Part shown: positions 1-13,095 of the stretch, in pieces
How positions within the stretch are numbered: the stretch's first letter is position 1
Layout: every line of letters starts with the position of its first letter
DNA from: Callorhinchus milii
Taxonomy: Eukaryota
DNA: 64,000 nt
NCBI RefSeq assembly: GCF_018977255.1
Contig: NW_024704742.1
Coordinates: 9,488,001-9,552,000 of the forward strand
Direction of reading: 5' to 3'
Notes under the pieces: generated by a model
Database searches by the model: none
Seen by the model: the letters and a program-made list of their open reading frames with translations, nothing else
Told to the model about the DNA's origin: nothing
Made by a program: the position numbers and the translations under genes

Positions 1-1315
1 TTTTGGGCTTGTGGATAAAAGGCTATGCTACAGATGCCTACATTGTACCTGATGTGGGAGTACTTGATACTAACAGTGAATGCCAAAAAGGCAAAATCAC
101 TCCACTTCCAAGAAGTGAAGTAACTTGGCAACGGCAACCACTGCACTCCACCCTCAATTGTATTTCGACCTGCAACAAAAATACATGTATCTTTACAGGA
201 ATGCAGACTGATATCCCTCTGGGACACATTAACAAGGATTTTGAGCAATGACATGATTTGCGCCCGTCAAGATACCAAAAAACTTTGTCTTGGGTGAATG
301 TTTTGGTGGTTGTGTGTTGTGAAACTGTGCCTGTGAGGAAATGGATTTAATGTGTCCTAACTCAGCAACAACTTATATTTATATAGAACCCTTTACGCGG
401 GGTAGCATCCCGGAGCGCTTAAAACTCATTTCATATCGAGCGTCTTTGCAAAGATTCCTGCTTACAGAAAATGCTTAAACACTTTAGCTTTTCACTGAGC
501 TTGCAACAGAAGTCTTTCATGACCTTGGATTTTGCCAAACCTGTCCCTTGTATGCAAGTGCATAGTTGGATTATTTCAAGATAAAATTGATGGGTAGTAA
601 ATCTGTCTTTCAGCAACTTTTCTTGAGGACAATATTTGACAGTATTTATTGAGGACAATTCTTTTCCACTCGAGTCATAGAATACGACAGCTTGTCTTGC
701 AAGTTTAAAAGGCACTCACGGGGTTAATTGTGATTGGAAACATGCCTTTATCAAAGGTAAACATAGCATGCATTTAGATTCCTGAGTTGGAAACAAGCTG
801 GGTGGTGGTGGACGGCATTGTGTCAATAGCATAATAAAACCTCAAGCATTTCTCCTATTTTCTTCATTGGCTGTGTTACAATAACACTGGTGATAGATCT
901 GAAGGCTATTTGTACATAATTTACATTTGCCATTGTACAGGATTCTTTATAACAAAGAGATGCTTGCTCATTCTGTTCTGATCTGTAAAGTTAGCAGTTT
1001 TAATCTAGCACGATTTTAAGTGGTGTATTAAATTCCATATCGGACAGTGTTTCAGAAGATTCCTTCTTTTTCTGAAAAAAATGTTTATTGTACACCATTG
1101 TACACAGTTTTTAGAGAGAATATAATTATGAGCTTTACTAATTGGTAAAGCATAATGCAATACAGATCAGATGATCACACCATTTCAATATAAACTGGAG
1201 GAAAGAATAGGTGGCAGTGTACTCCATAGATGGGATGAAACACTTCCAAAGGGGAAGCTGAAAGAGATCTATTGAATGATTAAACAATACTTGCATTTGA
1301 TGTAGCACCTTATCA

Positions 1316-1610
1316 ACAACAACAAATCGCATTTGTATAGCGCCTTTCATGTCAAGAGGTCTTGCAAGGCGCTGAACAGTCAGGGATCCGCACCCGAGCT
1401 GGTGGTTGGCATCAGGAAAAGTGAAGGGCAGAGAGGGGAGGGGAGGGTTAGGAGGGTGACTGAAGGCACGGTCGAAGAGGAGGGTCTTGAGACAGGTCTT
1501 GAAGGAAACACGGGAGGGGTTAGGCGGAGGGACTGCGGGATGGAGTTTCCCAGGGTGGTTGCAGAGAGGCTGAAGGTCCGCCAAATAGGGAGACAAGACC
1601 TTCAAAGGAC
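1316..1610 (-). mobile_element. L2 LINE 3' fragment
   Basis: Minus translation ...SFKTCLKTLLFDRAF, then the L2-type tail (gaaaggcgctatacaaatg) and (gtt)n. Confidence 0.75.
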
Positions 1611-1759
1611 GGCACTTTTGATAATGTAGAGCTCCCCAGCATTGCATTGTAGCATCAATCTAGACTCTGAGCTCAAAATCCCAGGTTGACACCCTGGCTT
1701 TAGGGGTTTTAGTTGACTCATTGCTCACCGTGTGAAAACAGTGAGAGGTAATGAACAAG

Positions 1760-2440
1760 GCTAACCACATGCCTTAACCTATATTGTCAAATCAGTTGAG
1801 TTCAGACTAGAACTTATACTCGAGCTGCAAAGAGTTCTGGTCAGCCTACACATAGAGTACTGTATACCGTTCTCATCACAGCAACATGAGTGGGCTGCCC
1901 AAGATTCAATGCAGATTAGATCAATGAGGATGATCCCTCTGCAGAGGAGATCAATAAATAATTATTTGAGGAGGACAAGTTTGCAGGGCTAGGGGAGAGA
2001 GTGGGGGAGTGGGATTGATTTGGAAGCTTTTTTCAAAGAGCCGGCACATACATGATGGGCCAAATGGCCTCCTTCTGTGCTGTATAATTCAATGATTCTA
2101 TGATTAAATCCTGTGTTAGTGGAATGACTTATAAGCATTGACGAGACAAACTAGGGTTCATCAGTCTTAATGAGATGTCTAGAGAGGAACTTATGTAAAA
2201 TTTAAATGGGATTCTCCAAGCCACTAGAAAAAGATACAGGTTTAGAGTTCTAAAGAACAACTTCAGAGCAGGCACTAGGAAAGTATTTTTTTATCCAGAG
2301 AGTAATTACTAACAGCAACAGGAAGGGAGTTGAGGCAAAGATGCTGAACTTTATGATATGATGGGAGGATGGTAGGATGGGAGTTCTGAAATGATGAGAC
2401 CTAATGGGCATTATCCAAACCGCTCTAGTAATCTTTTGAT
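1760..2440 (+). mobile_element. Old CR1-type LINE 3' fragment, interrupted by a younger CR1 3' end (~1955-2105)
   Basis: Degenerate CR1 ORF2 C-terminal sequence also seen at ~40165-40738 and ~58945-59465. The inner piece ends in attcaatgattctatgatt. Confidence 0.6.
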
Positions 2441-2629
2441 TGCAGAAGCCCGCACGTGCTGAATATTTTTCAGTATGTTGAATTTAATTGGAACAGAGTA
2501 TCAAGCAAGTCACTGCTGGAAGACAAATCCATCAAGTATGCGTTTGCCATTTATTTTCAGTTCTGGATCCTTGACTGCACTGTTCAGCTTGTCTGCTAAA
2601 GTCCTGGAAAAAGATTGCTCCAAATTTAT

Positions 2630-2977
2630 ATGATAACCTTGCATTTGATATCGCGCCTTATCATGTCTTTCAGACGTCTCAAAGTGCTTCACAGAACATA
2701 CTGCAAAATGAATTAACTGTATATTTTGTAGGCAAAATGCAGCAGTTGTGTCCCACAAACAGTCGTGAATTGAGTGACCAAATTATTTTTAAGTGATTAT
2801 TAACCCCGGAAAGGCGATCCACCGATCAACTAACAACCAGGTTCCTACCTACTGCTAGGTAAACAAAGGCACGTGGAGTAAGGAAAGTTACCTAAGGTTT
2901 TACCCTGCCTGGGAATCGAACCCCAGTCCTCCCGCTTGCAAGGCGAGTGCTCTACCCACTAAGCTACAAGACTCCAC
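2630..2977 (-). mobile_element. tRNA-Ala-derived SINE (family A), full length
   Basis: tRNA-like head, central cttactccacacgcct..acctagcagta block, Deu-like block and L2-like tail; closely similar to many other copies. Confidence 0.85.
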
Positions 2978-3309
2978 AATTGATGAAAGTGAAACATCGC
3001 CCCCTTTGGGATATTCGGATGTCGGTATCTTGTAAACCAAACCAACTTCGTCAATGTATTGGAAAAGTGTGAGGAAGTATCTGTTTAATCCTTTTATTCC
3101 CTGTCATTTCTGAAGGTGGTTTAGTGAACACATAACAATGTGGTGTATCATGGAGTGAAGGGTGGGCTGATTCTCTTAGGAAGGAAAGCTTCGAGAAAAT
3201 CCTTCTACCAGCTGACTTTCAAAGCAGTATCATAGCAGGCTGTGAGCAACAAGTCACAAACCCATTCAGCTGGAGAAAATGAGAGCAAATATCTTTAAGA
3301 ATAAATCTT

Positions 3310-3665
3310 GAGCACTCTCCTTGCAAACAAGATTGACGTGGATTCGATTCCTGGCCAGGGCAAAATGTTGGGCAAGTTTCGTGACTGCACACGCCTCTGT
3401 TCACCTAGCAGTAAGTAGGAACCCAGTTGTTCACTGATTGGCGGATCGCTTTTCTGAGGGTAATAATCCCTTCAAAAAATAAATAGTGATAGTTTGGTCA
3501 CTCAATCCACGACTGTTTATGGGACACTGCCCTGCACAATTGGCTGGCCGTTTCGCCCACAAAATATACAGTCAATTCACTTTACAGTATATTCTGTGAA
3601 TCGCTTTGAGACGTCTCGAAAACATGATAAGGCACTATATCAAATGCAAGGATTATTATTATTAT
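3310..3665 (+). mobile_element. SINE family A
   Basis: Same body as other copies, ending caaatgcaagga(tta)n. Confidence 0.85.
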
Positions 3666-3844
3666 CAAAGAACTCTATTTTATGGAATGGATCATTTGGT
3701 GTGAATTTAATATTTAAATCGAGTAGCCTTGCCTTTATTGAAAATTACATACAAAGTGTTATTGTGATTAAGCCTTTTTATTAACTATTAGTAAGTGTCT
3801 AAGCACTTTTGTTGTGTAAAAAAANTCCATACATTTGGTACAGT

Positions 3845-4565
3845 GTCTTTCAAGTCCCAAGAATGTCTCAAAGCACTTCACGGTTTTACTAAACTGTAAA
3901 GTTTAGTGACTATGTTTGTAAGTAAACCCGGGAGCCAATTTGCACCACAGCAATATCCCAAAACAGCAAGAATTGAATGGCCAATTTTATAGCCAGGGCA
4001 CCAGGAGAAACTCCCTTCTCTTTTCAAATAGTGCCACGGTGTCTTTAACTTCCACCTGAACAGGTAGACGGGGCCATCTGAAGGATGTCTCATAACGTCT
4101 CATCTGAAGGATGGCACCTCCAACAATGCAGCACATTTCACAGCACTGCATTGGAGGGCCATCTTAGACTCTATGAGTTGCAACAACAACAACAAGATTC
4201 CATTTATAGAGCGCCTTTCACGTCGGGAGGACGTCCCAAGGCGCTGGACAGTTGGGTCAGGACCCGAGCAGGGGGGGAAATGGTCAGGGTGAGGGGAGGG
4301 AAGGGAGGGAGCGAGGAGGGGGTAAATGGTCAGGGTGAGGGGAGTGAAGGGAGGGGGCGAGGAGGGGGTAGAGAGTTGAGAGGGGAGCTGAAGGCACAGT
4401 CAAAGAGAAAGGTCTTGAGACTGGCCTTGAAGGAGGAAAGGGAGGAGGCAAGGCAAAGGCACTGGGGGATGGAGTTCCAGAGCTAGTTGCAAGTCCCAAT
4501 ATTAGACTTGAACTCACAACCTTCTGACTCCGAGGCCAGAGTGCCACCAACTGAGTCAGCCTGAG
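3845..4565 (-). mobile_element. SacSINE1-like DeuSINE split by an L2 insertion
   Basis: Minus head ctcagttggtggcactctggcctcggagtcagaaggttgtgagttcaag, body caggtggaagttaaagac, and a Deu block. Confidence 0.75.
4184..4484 (-). mobile_element. Young L2 LINE 3' fragment with 8-bp TSD
   Basis: Nearly identical to the 3' end of the L2 at 54374-55406. Flanked by agttgcaa at 4176-4183 and 4485-4492. Confidence 0.85.
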
Positions 4566-4694
4566 ACAGACGGTGTAGTGGATAATGGGGAAAGAGCAGG
4601 GCAGTGGGACTAGTTGGTAACTCTTCGAAACAGCCGGCACAGGCATAATGGGCCGAATGGCCACCTTCTGTACTGTAATATTCTATAGTCTTGG

Positions 4695-4845
4695 AGAATA
4701 AGCCAAAATTTCCACTCCCGATTGTTAGTCAGAGCGCCCCCTCCTGGTCAGCCACATGCTGACACTCATTGTCTTGGCCAAAAGGACATCGAGAGCCCAT
4801 GTAACATGACTCCAACAGGAGTCAGTGCCTTAAGGGGAACAGTAA
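4695..4845 (+). mobile_element. Ancient SINE remnant (AmnSINE2-like)
   Basis: Shares ctgacactca(t/c)tg and cagtgacccct-like blocks with copies at 9325-9720, 38690-38860 and 56700-57020. Confidence 0.45.
4733..4751 (-). promoter_or_regulatory. Candidate CTCF-binding motif
   Basis: The minus strand reads GACCAGGAGGGGGCGCT, one mismatch to the core CCASYAGRKGGCRS. Confidence 0.45.
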
Positions 4846-5112
4846 GGCTAGTTATTCATACAGTTAAATCCGGTAATCTCAAGCTCCTGGGAGAGGGCTG
4901 GGTGGTGGCATTATCGAAGACCATTCAGTGAACTGACCACCATCACTGTGTTCTCATGCTGTTGAGAGGATATACTGCTGTCCCATGTTAATCCGACAGG
5001 AAAGTAGGTTAGATTATGGCTCCAGGTGAGTCCTTGTACTTACCTTCCACCAAAACATTGATGTAGGGGTGAATATATGTTAATCGTGTACTTGCTCACC
5101 AGAGTAACTAAA

Positions 5113-5514
5113 GTCTAGGGAAGCAGAGAAGGTTAAGGGGAGACTTAATAGAGGTGTTCAAAATTATGAGGGGATTCGATAGGGTGAACAGGGAGAAACT
5201 GTTTCCACCGGCGGGTGGGTCGGTAACCACAGGACCCCGATTGAAGATAGCTGTCAAAAGAACCAGAAGGGAGATGAGGAGAAATTTTTCACACAGCAAG
5301 TTGTTCAGATCTGGAATGCACTGCCTGAAAGGGTGGTCGAAGCAGATTCGATAACAACTTTCAAGAGAGAAGTGGATATATATTTGGGGAGGACAAATTT
5401 ACAAGGAGAGAGTGGCGGAACGGGACTAGTTGGTAGCTCTTTCAAAGAGCTGGCACAGGCAAAATGGGCTGAATGGTCTCTTTCTGTGCTGTATAATTCT
5501 ATGATTCTATGATT
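5113..5514 (+). mobile_element. CR1 LINE 3' fragment
   Basis: Encodes RRLRGDLIEVFKIMRGFDRV; (attctatg)n tail. Confidence 0.88.
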
Positions 5515-6369
5515 AAAGTGCTAGCATTGGGATGATATCAGTGCTTTCATGGTATGCCTGTGTTCCCTGTGCCCTTAAACACAAATTGCTTAAAAGTAAG
5601 TGGGGATATTGGGAAAGAAAAGGCAGGTAAATGGGATTGAAAGGATTGCTCTTTAAAAGATTCAGTACAGACTTGGTGGGCCGAGTGGCTTCTTCTCTGT
5701 CGTTGTTGTCTATAGTTCTAAGGACTGTACGTGCCTTGCCTTTACTTTTTACAATATTCACCAAAGGTCCTTTTCAAGACGGCCAAGAAAAAGTTGCTTC
5801 GGGACACGGTGTATCTTTAAGCATTGATTTCCCAGTTGGCTTGTTGTGGGATTCAGTGATGAGGTAAAGGGCAAAGGGCAGCCCTAGAGGTTCCAGCATT
5901 CCTTCCTGATGGGGAAACAAAATGTAATAACTTTAAAATGGAGCACATGTGGAACAACATTTTTCAAATTTTTGGCTCCTACTTCATACATGGGAAGCAT
6001 TTAATAATGTCTCGCTGCAGCTTTAAACCTTACAGAAAAATGACTGGGAGGAAAAATAAGGTCATTTGGCCCATTAAGTCCGTTCCATCCTCAGTGCCAC
6101 ACTATAACCTGCTATGACTTCACTGTGTCCGCTCAATCTCCTTGGAGAGAAATTGATAAATCTTTCCCCTGAGACCAAACAAAACCTTCCAGAATATTCA
6201 ACCAAATTCACTGTTCAGCTCTGACCTCTTTCTTTTCTCAGACAAATCTCTTTCTCTCAACCCTGTTACTGTAGCACAGAAACCATTGCTTCCCATGGAG
6301 AGTTTGCTCATCTCAGTCCGCACCAGCCTCTATATTGTCTCAATATTGTTCTTGAACCAAATAATTGTA

Positions 6370-6982
6370 GAATCCTGTAGCTCAGTGATTAGAGCACTCG
6401 CCTCGCAAGCGAGAGACCTAAGTTCGAATCCTGGGCAGGGCGAAATGTTGGACAATAATAATAATAATAATCCTTGCATTTGATATAGTGCTTTTCAGGT
6501 CTACTAGATGTCTCAAAGCGCTTCACAGAATATACTATAAAGTGAATTGACTGTATATTTGTGGGCGAAACGTGGCAGCCAATTGTGCACAACAGTGTCC
6601 CACAGACAATTGTGAATTGAGTGACCAAATCATTATTGTTTTTTTCCTTGAGTGATTATTATCAGGTGTGTGGAGTAAGGAAACATGCCTAGGATTTTGC
6701 TTTTACTCCACACGCCTCTGTTTACCCAGCAGTAAGTAGGAACCCGGTTGCTAGTCGATTGGCGGATTGCTTTTCCGGGGGGAGTAATTGCTTCAAAAAA
6801 AAATAATATATTGGTCACTCAGTCCATAACAGTTTGTGGGACACTGCTGTGTGCGATTGGCTGGCGCATTTGGCCCACAAAAAAAATACAGTCAATTCAC
6901 TTTACAGTATATTCTATGAAGCGCTTTGGGACGTCTCGAAGACGTAAAAAGGCGCTATATCAAGTGCAAGGGTTATTATTAT
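6370..6982 (+). mobile_element. SINE family A (6370-6452 and 6700-6982) carrying an inverted second copy (6453-6698)
   Basis: The head ends at gttggacaa and the body resumes at ttactccacacgcctctg. The intervening sequence is a reverse-complement SINE A copy. Confidence 0.8.
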
Positions 6983-7815
6983 CAAAAATACTCGGTACAA
7001 ATTCAGTAAAAATAAAAAGGACGCTCAATGCTATGTACAGTATATATATATTACATATATATATATAGAACCACTTTGGTCACTTTCCTCCCCCTCCCCC
7101 TGGCTCGGCCCCAGGGTCCGTTACTGTGAAGTGCTCTGAGAAGCCGCCTAGAGTGGAGGGCGCTATATAAATCCAAGTTGTTGTTTTTACTAGTTTATAC
7201 TTAACAGGTTACCAGGAAGGGTCGTTAACATCAGGATATTTAGTTTTCTGGAGCGATGAGATCAGATAGATCAAAGGGCTAAACCAATCTTTTGATCTTG
7301 TAAATCACAAAGTACCTTTTATCTCTCTCTGTTATTTCTCCCCCTCTTCCCCCCCACTGATATATTTTGCCCTCCCGAACCCGTTATTTCTCACCATGCC
7401 CTGCTATTGGCTCAACTGTATTTACCTGAGCTGGTCATTTAGATGTTCCTGAATGTCTGTGTTTTTAGCATTCAGGGACCATTAAATCATGAGGTTCCAG
7501 GACATGCTGCTGGTAACAGAAGGAATGTACATTTTGATTCCAATCAAGTTGTGGTTTTTTTAAACAAAAATGATGAAGATGTCTGTCTAGCTGTTACCCA
7601 CTGGGACATTCTTGGCAGTGTAATATTGGATTGTGATTTCCAAAGCCCCAAACTCAACCCATTTGTGTGGGATGATTACACTCATCAGCTCATGTGAATG
7701 TGAAAAAAGCAGGTTAGTCTGTGAATCTCACTGCAAAGATTCCACGTTTGTATCCCAATCTCAATAATAATATTAATCATTGCAATGACCTAGTGTCTTA
7801 ATCACATTGTCCAAA

Positions 7816-8187
7816 TAATATTATAATAATATAATAATCCTTGCATTTGATATAGCACCTGATCATTTCTTTGAGATGTCTCAATCTGCTTCACAGAATT
7901 TACTGTAAAGTGAATTGACTATATTTTTGTGGGCGAAACATAGCAGCCAATTACGCACAGCAGTGTCCCACAAACAGTTGTGGATTGAGTGATCAAATTA
8001 TTATTATTTTTTTTGAAGGAAGTACCCTGGAAAAACGATCTGCCAATCAACTAAGAACCAGGTTCCTACTTACTGCTGGGTAAACAGAGGCATGTGGAGT
8101 AAGGAAACTTACCCAAAGTTTCGCCCTGCTAGGGAATCGAACCCTGTCTTCTCGTTTGCGAGGCGAGTGCTCTAATCACTAAGGACT
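7816..8187 (-). mobile_element. SINE family A
   Basis: Full body on the minus strand with (taa)n tail at left. Confidence 0.85.
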
Positions 8188-9324
8188 CTATTCAAATGTC
8201 TCATAGACGAATGTCACAGCTAATTTGCAACGGCGTAGAAATCTCTCACAAACTGCCAGGAAGTGAATGATCAATGTTGTCAGTTATAAGTCCACATAAC
8301 TGATATGGAGATTTATAAAAATAAATTGCATTTTTGTTGATGTTTTTACTGTATTGGTGGGGTGTAATTAAACATGCAGCCCTGCCTGCAAATGATAGTC
8401 ATATGCCTCATTAGCTCGATAACTAGCTGATCACCACAAGCTGTATAGAACTTGCAGTGCTTCTGTTCCAGTTTACCCAAGAGGCAGCCTGAGGTCCTTA
8501 GCTAGCTACAGAGCTAATGAAGTTCATGACTCTCCACTCACTGCCAGGCAGTTTTCGGAGGGGATCGGGGAGTGTTGCTATGTTGGTGGTTGATGAATGA
8601 AACTAAGACCTGAATTATGCACAGCTGCCATCATCTCAACTTTGTGTTCAGCTAACAAACTGCAAGGCTAAATGGGCATGTCACGTTTTGCCATTTGAAC
8701 CGGGCAAGTCCAATGATGCTGCCTTCTCCACTACATAAAGACATTCCATCTTAAAGCGCTTTGATCACCAGAGAAACTTGATCAAACTTGCCACCAAGTG
8801 AGGGGCTAGAACTGAATGGGAGGCAATTCTGGGCAATAATAACAGTCAGCGTGACTTTGTACTGCCCTTACTAGTTTGGTCATAATGAAGGAAGAGATTT
8901 GCAACTAGAACATTAAGTACCTAGTCATCTTTTATTTGATCTGTACTTTGGGGCGTGATTTGCAAATTAGGAACCCTGTACTGTACATGCCAGGAGCTCC
9001 GTTCAGGCATTGGACTTGTATCCATGCCATCTGATCTGGAACTCTGCCCGGTGTGAGGGCTGCTGTATAAATGCAAGTTGTTGTTGTCAGGTGGTGACTG
9101 TAGATTGCGTTGGCAGTGGAGTTTCAGTGGGTCTGTAGAAGTCCCATTCAAATCCTCAAACTAACCTCCTTTGTGCTTACCACATTGGACTTGTTCACTG
9201 ACACAACTTCAGGATTTCCTGCAGTTTACAATCTAAAAATGAATGCTCGCTGAAGTATTTTTTAAGTATTGTTTTACCCCCTTCCCCCCTTTATCCCCCC
9301 CCGCCAACCACTTCCCCGCCCGCC

Positions 9325-9720
9325 ACTTCTTCTGAAGCCAATAACTCATGGTGGGTTATAACTGTGACAGCAGTGATCTCTAGTATCTTGTGCTAGTGGC
9401 CCTGCTGCATGTACAAGACTAGATATTGACTATAGCAGGCCATTCAAATTGGGGGCAGGGAGAGAGAGGGGGGAACGTGAGGCGATACATTACAGGCTCA
9501 GCCTGATCCAATGTTTATACCATCACTTTCCAGCTAGGGGTCACTGGAGAGCGATGGGGAACAGATATTTACTATCCCCAGCCCAAGGTCACTGAGATCC
9601 ATTGCAATATTTCTACCGCTCTTTGGGCTGAGAACAACTAGGTCAGCGCAGACAAGGAATTAGCCCTGCAATTTTCCGATCCATATGGTTGAATTGCAAC
9701 CCTGGCAGAGCTTTACCACC
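9325..9720 (-). mobile_element. Ancient SINE remnant (AmnSINE2-like)
   Basis: Contains cactttccagctaggggtcactggagagcgat and ggctgagaacaactaggtcagcgcagac; degenerate tRNA-like end near 9650-9720. Confidence 0.5.
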
Positions 9721-10871
9721 TTGGGCATCTGTGTTATTGAGGCAAAGATTGGGAGGAATTTGGGGCCCATTGGGAGCTGTGGAATGTGCCAAGCCATGTG
9801 ATCCTCAGTCAGTCATCCCTGTATTATTGTAAGTGAGACTACAACTTAACCAGTACTTGCACCAATAGAGCATCCTTCATATTGGATGTACATCTCAGTT
9901 TTAACACCAACTCTAGTTGACTCCTGTGCTCGCTCAGAAAAGGATTGTGGGAAAAGTGGTTTCCAAAAGAATTGAAAAAAAACGAGAGTAAGAATTTTTC
10001 TAAAATCGTGCAAATTTCAAGTTTCAGGGCAATGGTCTTAAGTCTAAAACCACATGAATTTTGTGTCCCTGATTGCTGAGATTACATCATAATTCAAACC
10101 TTAAATGAACATGCCATGGCGGCGAGACCTTATAGGAACATTGCCTTCAAGAATTGAACCGATTTGTCTCATTTTCATCTATAAATTGAAAATTTATTTA
10201 TTTATTTTAAAAATTCGCCACCCCATGAGACAGCTATATTGTAAGGTCTGTACTATATCCAAGACTGTCTGTGATGGATGTTAGATCGATGCCTTGGGAT
10301 GGCCTTCCGATGTGAAAGGTGCTATATAAATGTCATTTTGTTGTTGTTGATGTTCACTGAGTCTCGTCTCCCCTGCTTTTCATTGCTGGCTTTGTGGGGG
10401 GAAAAGACTCCCTATTTTTTATCTCTGTTTATTCTTTAAGACTTCAGACACCTCTCAGTAAAAGCTGGTGTCTGGAGAACAATGGGAAGGTGGGTCACCT
10501 TACGCTGGTCTTGTGAACCTTTTAGCAGCTGCTTCGAGAGCCCTGGGAAATGTGTTCGTGCCAATGTTTATATTGCACACGAGTCTCTAGCCACTCCCTA
10601 CACCCTCCCATATCCTTTTATTGGCTTCTCACCTGTATGCACATCTTAACTTCAACCACAATTTGGAAACAGGTTTACAGGTTAAAGCATGTTGTTACAA
10701 CCCTAAGGGAATCACAGCTGAGCTCATTTCTGCCCTTTCCCATACCAAAAAACATCCACTCCCAAAGGGATAGCAATTGGCAGTGGATGGAGAGGTGTAG
10801 GAGGGTAAAGATTCTTAAGGTATTTGTAGGTTGGTGAGGGGTATCACCTAGTTGTTCTCAACCCTGAGACC

Positions 10872-11232
10872 AATAATAATAATATCCTTGCATTTGATGC
10901 GCCTTATCACGTCTTCAAGACATCTCAAACAATATACTGTTAAGTGAATTGATTGTACATTTTGTGGGCGAAATGGGGCAGCCAATTGCAAGCAGCTGTG
11001 TTACACAAACAGTCGTGGATTGAAATGACCAATTTATTATTATTTTTTTTTGAATAAATTATTACCCCCTGGAAAAGCGATCCGCCAATTGACTAACAAC
11101 CGGGTTCCTACTTACTGCTAGGTAAACCGAGGCGTGTGGAGTAAGAAAACTTGTCCAAAGGTTCACCCTGCTGGGAATCGAAGCAGGTCTCTCGCTTGCA
11201 AGGCGAGTGCTCTAACCACTGAGCTACAGGAA
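10872..11232 (-). mobile_element. SINE family A, full length
   Basis: Head tcctgtagctcagtggttagagcactcgccttgcaagcgag on the minus strand. Confidence 0.88.
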
Positions 11233-11239
11233 TACAGAA

Positions 11240-11478
11240 GAAACATTTTCACATAGCTAATTGGTCGGGTCTGGAATGCATTGTCTGAAAGGGTGGTGGA
11301 AGCCGATTCAATAACAACTATTAAAGGAGAAGTAGATAATTATTTGGGGAAGACAAGTTTGCAGGGCTATGGGGAGAAAGCGGGGGAATTGATTTGGAAG
11401 CTCTTTTCAAAGAGCCGGCACAGACATGATGGGCCAAATGGCCTCCTTCTGTGCTGCATGATTCTATGATTTATGATT
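11240..11478 (+). mobile_element. CR1 LINE 3' fragment
   Basis: Encodes WNALSERVVEADSITTIKGEVD; attctatg tail. Confidence 0.82.
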
Positions 11479-13095
11479 GCAATGGAACTCATTGACCTTG
11501 GACTAGGGATAGCAGAAATCTGTTCCTCACCGCTCTCCAATCATTGCATAGTATCATTTATACAACTCAAGATACGCTCTCTTTGCCCTTTTATCAGGGA
11601 ACAGTGTTCCTTTATCCAATTAAGTAATTTTCACAGATCTCACTTGAGAAGGATATGAAGTGGCAAACTCTGCAGGCTATCACACGCGGGATGATATCTT
11701 GCCACAAGTCGAAGGTCAACAGCTGAATGGGTCCGTTTCGGTTTTTCCACACTGGCTGAAGACTACACAAAGTGCTTCATTCATTCAGATCCAAAAAAAG
11801 AGGATGGTTAATCGTAACTAGGCAACCTCGAGTGAATATTTACTCACTCCCCTTGCAGCATTGTACATTAGATATTAATTGTGAGTCAGGAAGCAACAAC
11901 TCGGCAAGCATAACTTGTTGAATAATGTATCAGTATTTCCATAATGATAACCCGTGGCATTCTGGCATTATCTTTGTCTGGACACTTTTTCCCATCTTTG
12001 GTCTCCTATCACCTATTAATTACAGTATGCATATGATGACTTTGGCTTCACAAAGGGAGATAAGAGCAAGCCTAATGCATTTAAATAATTCATTTGAATG
12101 CATGTACTAACTGTACTTTAATTGATATGTACGAGTGATATGTAAAATGCTGCATGGGTTGTTTCCTGTTAACCTCAATGGCTTAAAAACCAAGGTGGCT
12201 CTCTATTCCTGGTAATAATAATAATAATCCTTGTATTTGATGAATTGTTGTTTGAAAACTGAATTTGTGTTGGATTTTTGCTGTGCCTGAAGAGCCCAGT
12301 GCTCCAGTCCAAACTGACAATAATATCCAGTTATTAATATTGTCCTGCAATAAGCAGCACAGTACCCCCTCTCTGATATATTGTCGAACTCTGGTTAGTG
12401 ATATCAAATCAAATTATAATGCTAGATTCAGAACTGTGGGTTCCCCATGGAAGCTGCTTGCACAGTTGGTAACTGTAGGTTAGGAGGTTGTAGGTTCAAG
12501 TCAAGACTTAATAACCTACTTTCAGACTCAATGCAGCATTAGAGAAATCTGTATTGTCAGAGGTCCCATCTGCCTGTGAAGGTGAACATTAAAGATCAAC
12601 ATTGTATTTGGAAAACATCCAAACTTCATGGGCCTATTAAAGCGGGATGAAGATGAAACCAAATTGCAAACCCAAACTGACTAATTTCACGTTAATTTGC
12701 CGAATTCACAAGTTTTTTTTGGTCAACCGGATGTCTGAAACGTGCGGAAACCCATCGCCATGCTTAAAAGCGCCTTGGAAAGTCCTCCCGACCTGAAAGG
12801 CATTATACAAATGTAATTTTGATGTTGGTGTTTGAAGAGTATCCAAGAAAAACTAAGAATTGTATACTATTAGGCACGGTTTCCGCATGTGTTAGAAACC
12901 TGGCTGACACCCCCAAAATTTTTGAATTCACAAACTTGCAAGACTTTGCATTTGGAGAACACACATTGAGTGGAACTGATTTGATTTTGAGCTTTTACAA
13001 GACAGAATTATCCAGTTTCAAGGCATGCAATGTCACCAGACAAAGCTGTGGGGCTGATTGTGTGTAACAAACTCCACTGAAAGCTGAGAACAGGT

